Under the pieces are notes generated by a model. The model was not told the DNA's origin. It searched no databases and saw nothing but the letters and a program-made list of their open reading frames with translations. Made by a program: the position numbers and the translations under genes. From the NCBI GenBank assembly GCA_051294905.1, contig CM119379.1, forward strand, positions 11,036,001-11,100,000: a DNA stretch of 64,000 bases. The letters run 5' to 3'. Positions 15,001-26,715 of this stretch are shown here, piece after piece; within the stretch, counting starts at the first letter, position 1, and each line of letters opens with the position of its first letter. The DNA is from Botryllus schlosseri (Eukaryota).

Positions 15001-18000
15001 AGCATGGAGGGGTGGTGAAAGATTTGGAAAGCCCTACAAGGCTAAATTTGCATCTTACTTGTCCAGCAGCATATGCACTCATGGTATGCATATGCACAGA
15101 TTGTGTGTATTTATATCATAAGTCAGTGTATATGCCGCAAAAACATGAAGGACAAAATGCATAACATCCTTTCCTTTATCATATTTTTTGTCACACTTAA
15201 ATATCATGTTCAAAATTGCAACTCGCACCGAAATAAATACTTTCTGTGGTGTAGCCAGGGGGAGGTAATCGGTGTCCGATATCTCCCCCTTTCGAAGCTC
15301 GAGTATCCTTCTTTGAAATCCAACATCTAGTTCTGATATATCTTGGTTAAAGGGGCACTGCACTCTTAAAATGTGATCTCAAATTGAAGGGCAAATCGAA
15401 ATAAAAATTTTGGCGGCACCCGTTTTCTTCAGAATGCCACCGTAATGGAGCTGCAATTTATTGAAATTTTGATAGCAACTTCACGCTCCAGCAGTCATGC
15501 GGAGATCAAACTTTATATCGTTGTCAGCCAATGTTATGAAGGAAATATGTCGTACACGCCAAGGTGGTTTAGATACCACGTTCAACGGAAGATGTTCAGT
15601 CAGGAGATTTATGTCAAAATCGGGCCCAGTGTATTCTATATCTTTAGGACATAGGGCGTGTACGACATATTTCCTTCATAGCATCAGCTGACAACTATAT
15701 AGAGTTCGATCTCTGCGTGACTGCTGGAGCGTGAAGTTGCTATTGAAATTTTAATAAATTGCAGCTCTATTACGGTGGCGTTCTGAAGAAAACAGCAGTG
15801 GCCAAAATTTATATTTCGATTCGCCCTTCCATTTGAGACCATATCATTTTTAGAGGGCAGTGCCCCTTTGAGTATTATACTTTCAATCTAGTTTCGTACA
15901 CTTTCCGTTTAATATATGCAGGCGTCTCTGCTGGTGATGACACATTGATTGCAGCGGCAGTCGGTGAAATTCTGAAGAAAATCAATGACTCCGTCGATGA
16001 AAGCGAACTGGTTGATGACTGTCTGCTAATTGCGGCCGCGGCCAAAGTCTTTGGAGACCCAAAAGTAGCTTTGATGGAAGTTCAAAAATCAATCCTACGG
16101 TATATCCGAAAATTCATTTTTGCATCGAATACTGTATAAAGCTATGTGTACCTATGGCATACCAGTTTATTTTCACACTTACTTTCTCACAACAGAAGGT
16201 GGTCTAAGCAGTTGATACTTGAAGTGGAATTTCAACTTCCTACAAGTTGAAGTAGCAATTCCAAAACTCTTTTGAACTATTTCCAGTGACAGTAGATAAT
16301 CAAGATTTTAAAATTGATGGAGCAAGTATTTCAAAAAAGCAGTTTTTGCTGAGGGTTCTGATACTGTCCAGCAGTTGATCAGAGGTGACTAAGTTCTAAA
16401 TTGCGTGTGATTCAGTGATGCAAACGCATCCTAACACTACTTTCTAATTTTAAAAAATTCAAAGTGTGAAAAACTAATTAGTTTTGCATCACTTCAGTAG
16501 GGAAAGTAGGCAATAACTACTTGAGTACTGCGAAAAAGTGGACATACTCTTTTGGTTACCACCTCTGGAGTAGTCAAATACAGAATATTGCTCCTCAGTC
16601 AACTCATATATGCAATAAAGTTGTTGAAATCTGCATCAAAATAGCGGGATTGGCTAGTATCGCAAAAAACTACTTGAAAGCAATTAATTTTTCCGTTCAA
16701 GATTTCTTATATAAGGTCGTCTCCATTTCGGGCTTTCCATTCTGTTGACATGAATATCAACTAGAGGACATGAATTTGCATTGGATAACAGCAGTCAAAT
16801 CACTTGTTGTGCATGCAAAGTAAATTTTGTAAATGTCGGTAAATATATTAAAATGTATGGTCAGTATAGGCCTGTGCAACAGCAATCTTGGTCGCATTCC
16901 AAGGTAATCTCTTCTTTCATTTAGAAATCCATCTTCTGCAAGGCTGCGAACTCTGCTGTGCCGCTTGCTTGTTGAATTCGGCATTGCCAGAGGCTTGTTA
17001 TCGACGCCAAAAGTAAGTGACGTGGCGGCAAAGTTGATGGAGAAAAAATGGATCGCAATGCCGCTGCATCGAGACAGTGAATTGTGGAGAGCGCCCCGGA
17101 AATTTGAGGAAGAGACAGTATTAGCTACGACAAGAGCGATATCGTCGCTTGCCGCGGGAAGCCATGAAGCAAGGTAGGATGGTTGCTAGCATTGCCCGTT
17201 GCTCCAGTAGCGGTAAAGAGGTAGCACCATGAATTTCTACTCAATTAAAAGTAGAAGTAGGAATTTCAATGACATGTCAAAACTACCTCAAGTAGAAGTA
17301 GTACATGAATGGTCTCGATATTACTCCAGTGATTAGTTTCCTGAAAGTAGATGTCATTGAAGGGGCACATACTTCAAATCTGCTGAGAATGCACCAATAT
17401 CAATCTTCACACTTCAATCATTTTTTTAAGCAAATTTCGATGTAACATCTGTAACATCTGAACTGAAGGAATTGTGTGTTTCCTCACAAAGTCCCACATC
17501 GACCAAATGCGTCCAAATCACATAATTTTGCTGGGCTTTTAAAGTTCGTAGCGTATTAAATCACCATATGCCTGTATGAAGATATCTACACTACTGTATG
17601 TTTCACAAGCACACGCAATCCAATTTACAGTGACGACGCAGTGATGCAAACGGCCGAACGCCTTCGTCAAGCACAAAAGTTTGCTCACATGCACCCATAC
17701 CAGGCCTCTGCATGGAGCATTTTAACTGCGGCTTGCCACACTAAAAATGTGTCCGACTGGTTCGTCTTGCAAAAGATTGTAGCGTATTACTTCGAACTTC
17801 CTATTAATTGAATTCAGGTTGCAAGGACGGAAGCCACTATTAACAGATTCGGTAATCAGAGTAGCCGATGCATCCGACGAATATTGTTCTAGTAAAGGCG
17901 TCCGCGATTGGAATGCTGAAATCCGTCAATGGATCGTGGCATTTTCCGATGAGCGTGTGCCTTTGCAGCACAGTGCCGATTCGAAGTTATCCAAGCTGCT

Positions 18001-21000
18001 ACTAACGGCGAGTGGGACCAATGACAAGGCCAGGCTGCAATCGATTCTGAAGGAGATCACCGGCATTCTGGGTGCTACACGTAATCCGGCCCAGTCATCC
18101 AAGGTATGCATGCCGTCATAATGAGCTTACGGTCGGTAAATCTTTCGGTCGGGAGTAGGGTTTGGCAATATCAAGTGAGCGAGTGACTCGATTTCGATTC
18201 GAGCATGTGACTTTGAGTCTGCTCGAGTAGTCAAGGATTCATTATTAGGATGATTTTTTTTTTGCCTAAAATACAGAAGATTTTTAAGCTGAAAAATCAA
18301 AATTTTTTGACATTTTTTACCACAAAAAACTTAATTTTCACAAAATTCTGACCTTGTGTAAGTAAATGAGGTGCTTTCGCACATAATGTTAGAATTTTAC
18401 TACTGATCTTCATTTCTACTATTTCGCTTCTGCGCAAGCTATGGTCATTCATTTGGCGAATGTTGACGAAGAAGTTAATGGTCACTGTCAACGTGACACC
18501 AAATTTACTATGAATCTACTATACTAGCTTCTTGTAGGTAAAGAACTTAACACACAGTTGAATAGAATATTGATATTGAAATGAGCCAAGAAGATGTTCG
18601 TCTACCATCTATCATGTAGCGTTGGGACCGCAGGAAATCCCGGGACTGGTCCCGATGAAATCCCGGGATTTGTGAACAGCATCTACCAAGGCTTATGTAG
18701 CGCCATATCTCTTATTTTGGTAATAAAGCAGTGTCACAAACTCGGCTGATTGTCTAGAACAGTGGCCTCAAACACGCCGCCTGCCAGAACTGTTTTTGCG
18801 GCCCACGTCGGCGTTTTGACTTTTCAAGCATTCGACAATAATAAATTCGAAAATTTCAGATTTCTGATTTGAGAACTTGAAATTTCATTCTGAAACCACT
18901 CCAAAAACCTGAATCGCTATCACACATCAAACGTCCACTAGCTGCTAAATTATAATGCGACAGCTTTTACAATGACACGATGCATTTGTCGTCTCGCATG
19001 GTTTCTAACTGTCTATATAACTCCTTATGTCACCAAATTATGCCAAGCACAACAATATTTTTAAATGATATTGAAAAATATGACTTTTTCGTGGCAACCG
19101 TGAATATTACAATGGTGTATTACATTTTCACAATGTGTATGGAATGCCAATCTGCAAGGTCCGACAAAAAAAGGCGTACTGGGAAATACATATTATACCC
19201 CTATTTGATGCTGCTGCCAGCCGCGTCATCAAAAACTACGAAATTGGCCCGCGATAAAATTGGAGTTTGGAACCCCTGATACAATCGATGATACTCTTGA
19301 TGCTCTTATGTTTTGCGTCAATTCAATATCACAAGGACTAAATTTTATTTGTGTAACCTGTATGTCTATTTTACTATTTTTCTAATCCCGGGGAATCGCA
19401 GGATTGAGGAGCGAAAATCCCGGGAAATCCCGATCCCTGGATTTCAAATTTGATTCCGAAGTCCCAACCCTACTATCAGGGCTGTGGAGTTGGTAAATTT
19501 TACCAACGACTCCAACTCCACACATTTTCAATGGACCGACTTCGACTCCTGAGTCTTTAAACGTACCGACTCCGACTCCAACCCCGGCTCCAAGAGTATT
19601 ACCAATTTACTTCAAAAACTATATGCCACAGTGACGGTTAAATGACTATCATATAATCATCAAACATATGCAAACATATGATTAACGATGGCTTACAAAA
19701 TTGATTGATTCATTCATTCATTCTGCTCACTATACTTCAGAATGCTGTTACGGTCCGGATTGTCATATGCCCGAAGCCGTATTTTTGCAATCACAGAATT
19801 TTGTAATTGCAATGGCACAGCCTTATGATGCGGGAGTGACACACATCTACTTACTTCCAATATTCTAATCTTCACGAAATGCATTCACCCTTATCCACTG
19901 AAATGCACACATTGTGTGCCCTTATAATCATGACTTCATAGTAATGGTAGACTTAGGGTAGGATCCAAATTCAAGCGTAGTCTAGTTGATGCAAGTTTCC
20001 GCCTTTACGCATAGGAATAGTTCTCTCCTCTTTCTAGTATTTCGGAGAACTCCTGGTTCATCGAAAGATGTATCAAGTAGCCCGGAAAATGTTCGAAAAG
20101 TCGCTAGCGCTGTATGGCGACAGCACGCAAAAGTCTTCATCACTGCTGCGTGCACTACAATTATCGTACCATCTGTGGACCGATACCCAGAACAAGAGCA
20201 AGGATGCAGATGACGCGCTGAGGGCAAAGCTGAGCGAAATGCTGAAACTCGACCAGAATTCATCGGTATTTGAACTCTGGCAAGGCCTGGTTTATAGATC
20301 GGATGGCAATCATAGGTAAAATTTGAGATACTCGTGATGGATACATGGAGAGAGAAAGTCTCTTCTTGCCTCAACCCTGCTAGGGCACTGGTTGGGTTTG
20401 CCAGCTGCTGGGTGTTCAGAAGACAGCTAACGGGAATTTTACCCATACCTTTGGTTTCGAGACGGACATATCACATTGATTCAGCTGAATTAGCAGATTT
20501 CAGTGTGATATCGTTTGAACTGTTGATTTTACATCAAATGGGTGTGTTTATTGAACCAGGAAGTTTTGCATACGGGCCAGCGTAATGGTAGAATGTGAGG
20601 CTTGTTGGTTGGTAGGTCGTAGGTTCGACCCTGCCATGGATAAGACCAGAGACTTGCTCGTAAAACAGCCATCCAGGATAGTGTGCTGGTGCTGACTTGA
20701 TAACCTTGCACTTCCATTGTAAAACCTGTATATTATAGCCATTTCTTAGTGCGCTAACTGCATTTTTGCCTAACGCTCTCGTTTTGTGAATTCTCTCATT
20801 CATGTTTCATGTATATTTGATAATTGGCAACTGTGCCTCAAGATATATATGCATGGATAAATACTAGTCACTGACACATTGTGTATAAGCAATACTAGAA
20901 ACGCTCTTTACGTTTAGAAAAGCAAAGTCCTTTTTCAACCGGATCGTGAACAGCACGAATGTGACATCCGATCGCTGTAGAAATATCGCTGTTTGGTATT

Positions 21001-22110
21001 TGTACCGGACTTTGCACGAGAGGGACGACTGGACGGAAATCGAGGTAATAATGGCCGCCAACATCTTTTTAATTATCTTTGCGGTAGTGAGGCTCAATAT
21101 TTTATGTTTGCTTGGCATAAATAACAGGAAAACCTGCATATGTAAGTGCACACGTGTAGTGTGGGCACATATTACGAAAGAAATGCTGTCAGCTTTTTAG
21201 TATACATATTGTATCGCACATCGTCTATTGTGGTCGCAGTTTGCGATGTAGCTATATTTTCGAATGACCGGGACAGCAAATATTTCTCTACGCAATGGCT
21301 GCTGTATACACTTCGCCGATCTGGTCTTGTAGTCCGTCCTGTCAAGTAGGGCTGCACAGTGCACACTAGGTACAGTCATTGTGGCCGTAGTTCAAAATAG
21401 GGAACCCGTGAATCTTGCAATGTCACTCGCGCACCGCAAATTTGGGGGCTTAAGGATATGATACAATCCGCTTTTCTGGGCGAACCTGTTGGCATATTTA
21501 CTGTGCACGTCTGAGATTTTACCATGTGTTACCTGTAAACCAGTAATTCTTATCCTTTTCGCTACCATCCTCGGGACACGATTTTAAAGGATGCGGAATG
21601 AATGGCCTAACAACATTCCAATATACCTCTCATTGCAAATACACATTTGCTCAAAATTATCGAATATTCAGATTTTTTGCTCGGGTTGGACTTGAGCTCA
21701 AAGGGTGATTTAGCAGTTTTGGTTGAGCATGATATTCATACAATTGATTTGTCGCCTATACATATACTGTACCGAAAGGTTAAGACCATGAAAACCTCTG
21801 AAAGAGGACCCTGCAAGATAAAAGGTAAGACACCACTTATGTAAACCATGCTGAATTTCTTCCCTGTAATTTGGAAGGCCTCCTGTTTGCTTTCAGGAAA
21901 TGCGGTGCAAAAACATAGGGGGCCTGTGGCGCAGACAGACTTTACACGTTATAAGTATAATGTCGCAATATTCCTAAGCTGCCTCCAACTTTCCGCAGTT
22001 TTTGTGTCCAATCATTGCACTTTTCATCGTAGAAACTGGCAGCCAAGGCGATGGAAAGTGGCGACGATACGTTGGCGAAGATTATGGGATTGCTTCCTCC
22101 CGTTTTGTGA
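26..22110 (+). CDS. SKIC3: Superkiller complex protein 3 (TTC37/SKI3, TPR repeat protein); 5' end lies outside the window; 26 exons reconstructed
   Basis: Phase-consistent GT-AG exons: 26-236, 647-860, 1839-2073, 3849-4020, 4814-4978, 5050-5196, 6115-6286, 9229-9397, 9961-10178, 10236-10353, 11670-11814, 12637-12792, 12856-12942, 13501-13680, 13814-13904, 13994-14135, 14202-14375, 14443-14581, 14649-14805, 15922-16099, 16925-17173, 17631-17759, 17818-18103, 20038-20315, 20918-21044, 22033-22110(TGA). Translations match remembered human TTC37 segments in order: KWAWLRLGLY, CWECLGEGYLQRGSYTAAWKAF, DYVPALKGLGE, CLWKLLGD, LWHDLGI, ALAQHCF..QAWSNLATLYL, ETMDLYRHSTEL, AVWYLYR. Confidence 0.96.
2330..2400 (-). 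mobile_element. Degenerate tRNA-derived SINE head
   Basis: Reverse complement reads TAGCTTAGTTTG...GGTTCAAGTCCCGG (A-box and B-box like); no full cloverleaf. Confidence 0.45.
2522..3563 (-). CDS. Candidate nested antisense orphan gene (4 exons, ~219 aa) in the SKIC3 intron 2074-3848
   Basis: Minus-strand exons 3563-3542 (MPKLLFY, donor GTAAGC), 3306-3229 (donor GTGAGT), 3146-2839 and 2773-2522 join three ORF-track frames in phase; introns 235, 82 and 65 nt. No recognisable domain. Confidence 0.4.
6875..9008. mobile_element. Charlie-like non-autonomous hAT element with nested insertions
   Basis: Termini CAGTGATTCCCAAC / GGTTGGGAACCACTG; perfect 8-bp TSD GTTTAGAC at 6867-6874 and 9009-9016. 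Confidence 0.85.
7587..8900 (+). repeat. Dispersed repeat family B, copy 1 (starts CAGGGCCGTAAC; internal ~290-bp duplicated module)
   Basis: Colinear similarity to 32718-33930 and 51765-53240 (e.g. CATGTAACATGCGACTCCAAGAAGTGTG, CTCACTCAGCTCTACCGGTAAATC). Confidence 0.8.
10498..11262. mobile_element. hAT-like MITE with GACTCGAGTC subterminal motifs and an inner insertion
   Basis: Termini CAGGGTTGTG / TTACAACCCAG; degenerate TSD TTACGTAG/CTACGTGG. Confidence 0.55.
12057..12556. mobile_element. Charlie-like MITE, related to 40765-41760
   Basis: Termini CAGTGGTTCTCAACC / GGTTGAGAACACTG; internal GAAAATCCATTTCC..GGTGGCGAATGTAAT shared with the 41.05 kb copy; TSD not matched. Confidence 0.7.
14864..15010 (+). 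mobile_element. tRNA-derived SINE family 1, 3'-truncated
   Basis: A box TAGCGTAATGG, B box GGTTCGATCCC, followed by GGTCAGACCAAAGAC..CTGCTTGGCACTCAGCA as in the 41123 copy. Confidence 0.8.
15351..15867. mobile_element. Foldback MITE with ~210-bp terminal inverted repeats, Kolobok-like
   Basis: TTAA|AGGGGCACTG ... CAGTGCCCCT|TTGA; the arm at 15351-15560 is the reverse complement of 15650-15867. A TTAA target with an AGG start is typical of Kolobok (established knowledge). Confidence 0.75.
18617..19472. mobile_element. hAT MITE with ATCCCGGGA motifs, containing a nested MITE (~18759-19279)
   Basis: Termini TAGCGTTGGGAC / GTCCCAACCCTA; TSD CTATCATG / CTATCAGG; same family as 50637-53675 in opposite orientation. 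Confidence 0.8.
20573..20670 (+). mobile_element. Diverged tRNA-derived SINE head
   Basis: CAGCGTAATGGTAGA (A box) ... GGTTCGACCC (B box) ... AGACCAGAGAC. Confidence 0.55.
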
Positions 22111-23314
22111 ATAGCGCAATTATAATCATAGCAATGAAAAGGTGTGGAGTGTAACGGTGTTACTTCATGATTTTTAGATCTAGAAAGAGTCGGTGTTTGG
22201 GCAGCAGCGTTTCACTTCACAAATCCGATATAGTCTCAGTTATGGTTGGATAGTTGGCAATAAAACGCTCTGTCAGTGTCAGTTGCCAGTGAATTGGGAC
22301 ATATATATATATAATTATGATGCATGGGTATGAATAATAAATAATAATCGTGGCGATTTTACGGAAATATCGATTAGAATTGCGGGTAGATTGTTCAGGT
22401 TCAGGCTACCGCAATGCTAGCATAGTATAGGGTTGCCATACGTCCGGAATTTCCCGGACATGTCCGGAATTTCACTGAAAAATCTGCGTCAGGGAGGAAT
22501 TTCTAAAATATGCCTAAATGTCCGGAAATTTGAAGGCTGGAAGCAGGCTCAAAAGTTTTTCGTAAATCAACATGAACAATATTATTTTCAAGCAGATTTA
22601 TGCTCTTCAGAATTGTTCTTCGCGCTGCGCGCGAGTTAATGCAACGTATAATGATATTAGTATGGGCACCAGGCACAACCCTCGCCAAAAAATGCAATCA
22701 AAATGAATATAAAATACCATCATTTACTGAAATAAGTCCGTTTGTAATCGCAATTATAAGCTAACGGTATATTCGTAGAGTTGGTTAAGGCCGATTGAAT
22801 GCTTTAATCACAGACAGTGGTTCCAAATCCTGGGATCGTGATGATATTGGACGTACTCAGCTTCCTAGGCCGTGAGTAAGTGTTGGCAAGCTGAATTGGT
22901 TTAGTAATCAGCTTATCAAGTTTTGAGCTTTGTCACGGAACATTTCAGTTGGGAAATGAGGTCGCTGCCATAAAAGGTTGGAAATCACCGGATGTGCAAC
23001 CTGCTGGTGCATTTTATAGTAGCCTATCGAATAATCAATATTATTGACAGAATTCATACATAAAATTTAACAGCCAAATGCATGTAGTAAGTGCCCAACA
23101 AGTTACATCGACTACCATATGGTGGGCCCAAGATCAGTGCTTTTTTTGGCGGAAGGGGGGGGGGAGAAAAATGTTATTTCGGACCTGGTTAAAACACATA
23201 AACAGATAACCACACCGACCTAACTGTATAGCAGGGCTGTCAAACACAATCCTGACAGGCCAGACACGGCCCGCCAGATGATTTCATCCGGCACGTGGAG
23301 GAATCTATTGCAAA

Positions 23315-24596
23315 TAGGGTTGGTTTATCCGGATAACGGTTAACCGGTTAACCGCAGGTATTTTTACTATCTGATATCCGGATATTTTTCTGCCGGTTAA
23401 CCGGATAAAAAAGAATCGTTGCTAATGCATTTTACACGTTTAAGTAAGCTTCAATAAGTCGTATTCAGTGTTGGCGCGGCCGATTAACGAGAAGCGTGTT
23501 GCCAATTAGCGAGATGCCTTTGTACACATTGCACAATGTAATGTGACGCGATCTCCTGCTGAGAAGATCGTTAAATTAGGTCATTGATTGCCGCGCGCTC
23601 GGCTATCGTCTCTGGCCTGATTTATCGCGTCTTCAACAAGCCGATAGTTCCACTGGATTGAAGAATCGCATCTGCAATAGGCCATGAGCAGTGTACACAC
23701 TATTCCATCGCTGGCCTGCGCAATCGCATCTTCATTGGCTTGGTGCTCACGATATTATCGTTGACCTACACAATCGCATCTGCAATAGGCCTACGAACGA
23801 TATAATCGCTGGCCTAACCATCTCGGACCCAGCATGCATTGGCTCCTATCTCTCCATGGCTTGTTGACGATATGACGTTAAGTGTATTCTAATTAGTGAT
23901 TCTGAGAGTGACACCGCGAAACTGAATGACATCGAATGTTCGCAAAAATGTGCGTGCGTGCAAGCGTAATTGATTTCCGCTGATGATTAATTCGAAAAAA
24001 CGATCGAAACCCCCTGATTTTATTTCAATCCCCCTACATTTTCGGCTGGCTGCGTGCCTGATCACGTGAATTAGAGCGAGGTATCATGTCGGCATCAATT
24101 TCAGTATCAGCTAGTCGTCTTTCTAGTACTCAAAACCTAAACATAAGGATGGTCAAAAGGATGTAAAGCCGTTGAAGTTTCCGGCGTACGACCTGCCAAC
24201 CTTTTGACTCTCTACGAAGCGCTGCTTTCTATTCAGCCCACTTCTGTGGAAGCTGAAAAAGCATTCAATGAACGTGGACTCTTTGTTACAAAATTCCGGT
24301 CCCGGCTACAGGATCCCACAATTGATGCATCTGTGCTTTATAGAGAGGGCATTGCAGAAGCAGTGAACATTAAATTTGCGTGGTTTTTCTCGTATTCGCT
24401 CATACTGCGCGCGTAGGTAGGTACTCTACAATAACACTGTGTAATGATTTTGCGATCCGTATTACATGCAGACCTAATGAAATCGATTGTCTCACTTAGC
24501 AGTTATTATCCGGTTAACCGGTTAGATAAATTCCAAAATATCCGGATATATCCGTTATCCGGATAGTGAAAATTATTGATATCCGAACTAACCCTA
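23315..24596 (+). mobile_element. Internally deleted hAT element retaining the transposase C-terminus
   Basis: TIR TAGGGTTGGTT / AACTAACCCTA; perfect TSD ATTGCAAA at 23307-23314 and 24597-24604. Confidence 0.9.
24204..24350 (+). pseudogene. hAT transposase C-terminal dimerisation-domain fragment
   Basis: LYEALLSIQPTSVEAEKAFNERGLFVTKFRSRLQDPTIDA matches the hATC pattern LSIPATSxxSERxFSxAGxxxTKxRSRL; no upstream catalytic domain. Confidence 0.85.
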
Positions 24597-26344
24597 ATTG
24601 CAAACCCTAGTTAGCAATCACCAGAACTCACATTACAGATGGCCCAATTCATGACCTATGTTCCACTTCATTCCTGTATAGTGTATATACAGTCGATTGG
24701 CAATGCTTTGCTAGTGTGACGTCATATTGACGGTCAATGTGTTGCACCTCATTTTAAAATCCGCTAGTGGGCGCTACAGAGTGTCCGGAATTTGCTTCAC
24801 AAAAATATGGTAACCCTAGCATAGTATTAATTTTAACTCTTCTTCAGTCAGAGCCCTTTTCTGAAATTTCATTCGTCTGGCGGCCCCCATTCTCTCAGGG
24901 TTGTACTAAATAGGTTGGGATCGGGTTCAAGTCTTCTTGGGTGTATTGAACTTCGCTATTGAAACTGTTTGGGCGTGGAATCGTGCAAAAGACCGCTTGA
25001 CGGGTGTTGCGGGTGTTATCGGACTAGTTGACCTCCAAGGTCGATCCGATCATTCCTATCTAGTACCGGATACTGTACAAGCGCATTTTCTGTATCACCG
25101 TCCTGCATTACTGTTGTCTACTTGTTATGTATATCGTCTGTATGAAAAATTCAAGCCTTTGAAGACTTAAAAGTCCTATATGGCAGGGGTGGATGGCCAG
25201 GAGAACGCATCTCCAAATATTTGAAAATCATGAGGGTAATGTACCAGAGTAGATTGGAGCTCAGATGTGTTAGCTGCTTATATGGCTCGAGTATCAAACG
25301 AGACAACCCACAGAATTATGATTTACTAGCGTAAATCTGTCCCCTGAAACTCACACTTTATTTGTCCTGCAGAAGCAGTATCAGTTTAAATCAACGAAAT
25401 AAAGCACTGCAAATTTTAATTAGAGTCCATTGATTAACTTTGGACTGCTTGTAGTTTTTGAAACGTTTCATACAATAAACACAAGATGTTAAAAATAGTA
25501 CTTTCATGTGGGTATGAGACAATGGGGTGGGTGCCTAACCAAAAAACCTAATTGACGTGGTAGGAAAAACGGAAGCCATTTTTGAATTCAGCGCCCACAA
25601 GTTAGTCGTAATCAAAGTCAACAAAAATTGTGTTTACCAGTGTAATCGGCAGAATATATTTTCATTTGAACAAGACATAGGCCTACACACAATGTACAAT
25701 GCGATGTAATGAACAGATAGGAGGATGCCGAACGACCATTTGCGCGCGAGGTCGCAGTTCCATTTTCGTACAGTATCTTCCGCGGCTCTTTCTTGCTCTT
25801 TCCATTCATTGTGAGTGTTCTCTTTCAGCAGGGCTTTTTTGTTGCCGTCAGAACAGCGACTCGGGGAATAGGAGCTTAGGATACGCGGAATCGAACCCGG
25901 GTCGCCTGTGCGATGGGCGCTTCCATGTTATGTCAGTTTGTCAATTCAAAATTTCGGACTTTGAGTACTGTATTTCGTCGTTGGCGAAAGATAACTCTTT
26001 TTGTCGACTTATTAATCAGTCATACTCCGAACTTTTGTGTAGATGAGTATGCGGCAGAAATGGCCACAGTCCGGTTCAGGAGCCGGAGCAGGATTTCATT
26101 GATTTTTTACCTGGCTGGACTGGATTCGGATTTTGAATTTAAACCTTGACGGTCGGATTTTAACCGGATTTTTTTGCTTCAATATGATTAATTAGCATTG
26201 TTCTGGCAGGATTTTTTCGGATTCCTAACTGGACCTTCACCAGCCGGATTTTTTCGGACTCTGAATTCCCACTTGCCAGCCGGATCCGGATAGATTCGGA
26301 TCCCGAAATTTGGGAATCCGGCCAACTCTGGTATGCGGCTATAG

Positions 26345-26715
26345 TAGGCTTACCATATTTTGGAAATCAAAAAAGAGGACACTTTTTCAGAAATTTGCAA
26401 CATGCAAAACCGGAGTGAAATTCTCAAAAAGCGGTTAATTTTACCCACTTTGCGATCGGTTGACTAAAAAAAAAAAAGGTCTTCACTTCTGCTCAGAGCT
26501 GAAATCACCGTTTTTCACTCCGAAATACCCGCCAGAGCTTCACTTCTGTGCTAATATGCGGCATATCACTAGCAATTTGCTCTACATCTGCCTAAATTTT
26601 CAAAAAAGAGGACAAAATCTCAAAAAAGAGGACAAAAGGGCGTCCTCCGAGGACACTTTCAAAAAAGTCAAAAAAGAGGACAAATCCTCTTAAAAGAGGA
26701 CATATGGTAAGCCTA
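26345..26715. mobile_element. hAT MITE (GAGGAC-motif family)
   Basis: TIR TAGGCTTACCATA / TATGGTAAGCCTA; perfect TSD GGCTATAG at 26337-26344 and 26716-26723. Partial relatives end near 7490, 31737 and 34300; full relative at 63328-63787. Confidence 0.9.

Larger units (their letters stand above)
22428..24818. mobile_element. Non-autonomous hAT element, outer layer of a nested stack just 3' of SKIC3
   Basis: TIR TAGGGTTGCCATA / TATGGTAACCCTA; perfect TSD GCATAGTA at 22420-22427 and 24819-24826. Confidence 0.88.

Noticed and set aside
17013-17077. Extra 65-nt intron at a perfect GTAAGT inside SKIC3 exon 16925-17173
   Set aside because: Splicing to the GACAG acceptor creates an immediate TGA, while the unspliced frame is open and TTC37-like.
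22428-23325. Telomeric TTAGGG-like sequence
   Set aside because: Single TAGGGTT occurrences are hAT TIR starts flanked by 8-bp TSDs, not tandem telomere repeats.
23600-23830. CRISPR-like repeat-spacer pattern
   Set aside because: Repeats are degenerate, the spacers share sequence, there are no cas genes, and the stretch is inside a hAT element.
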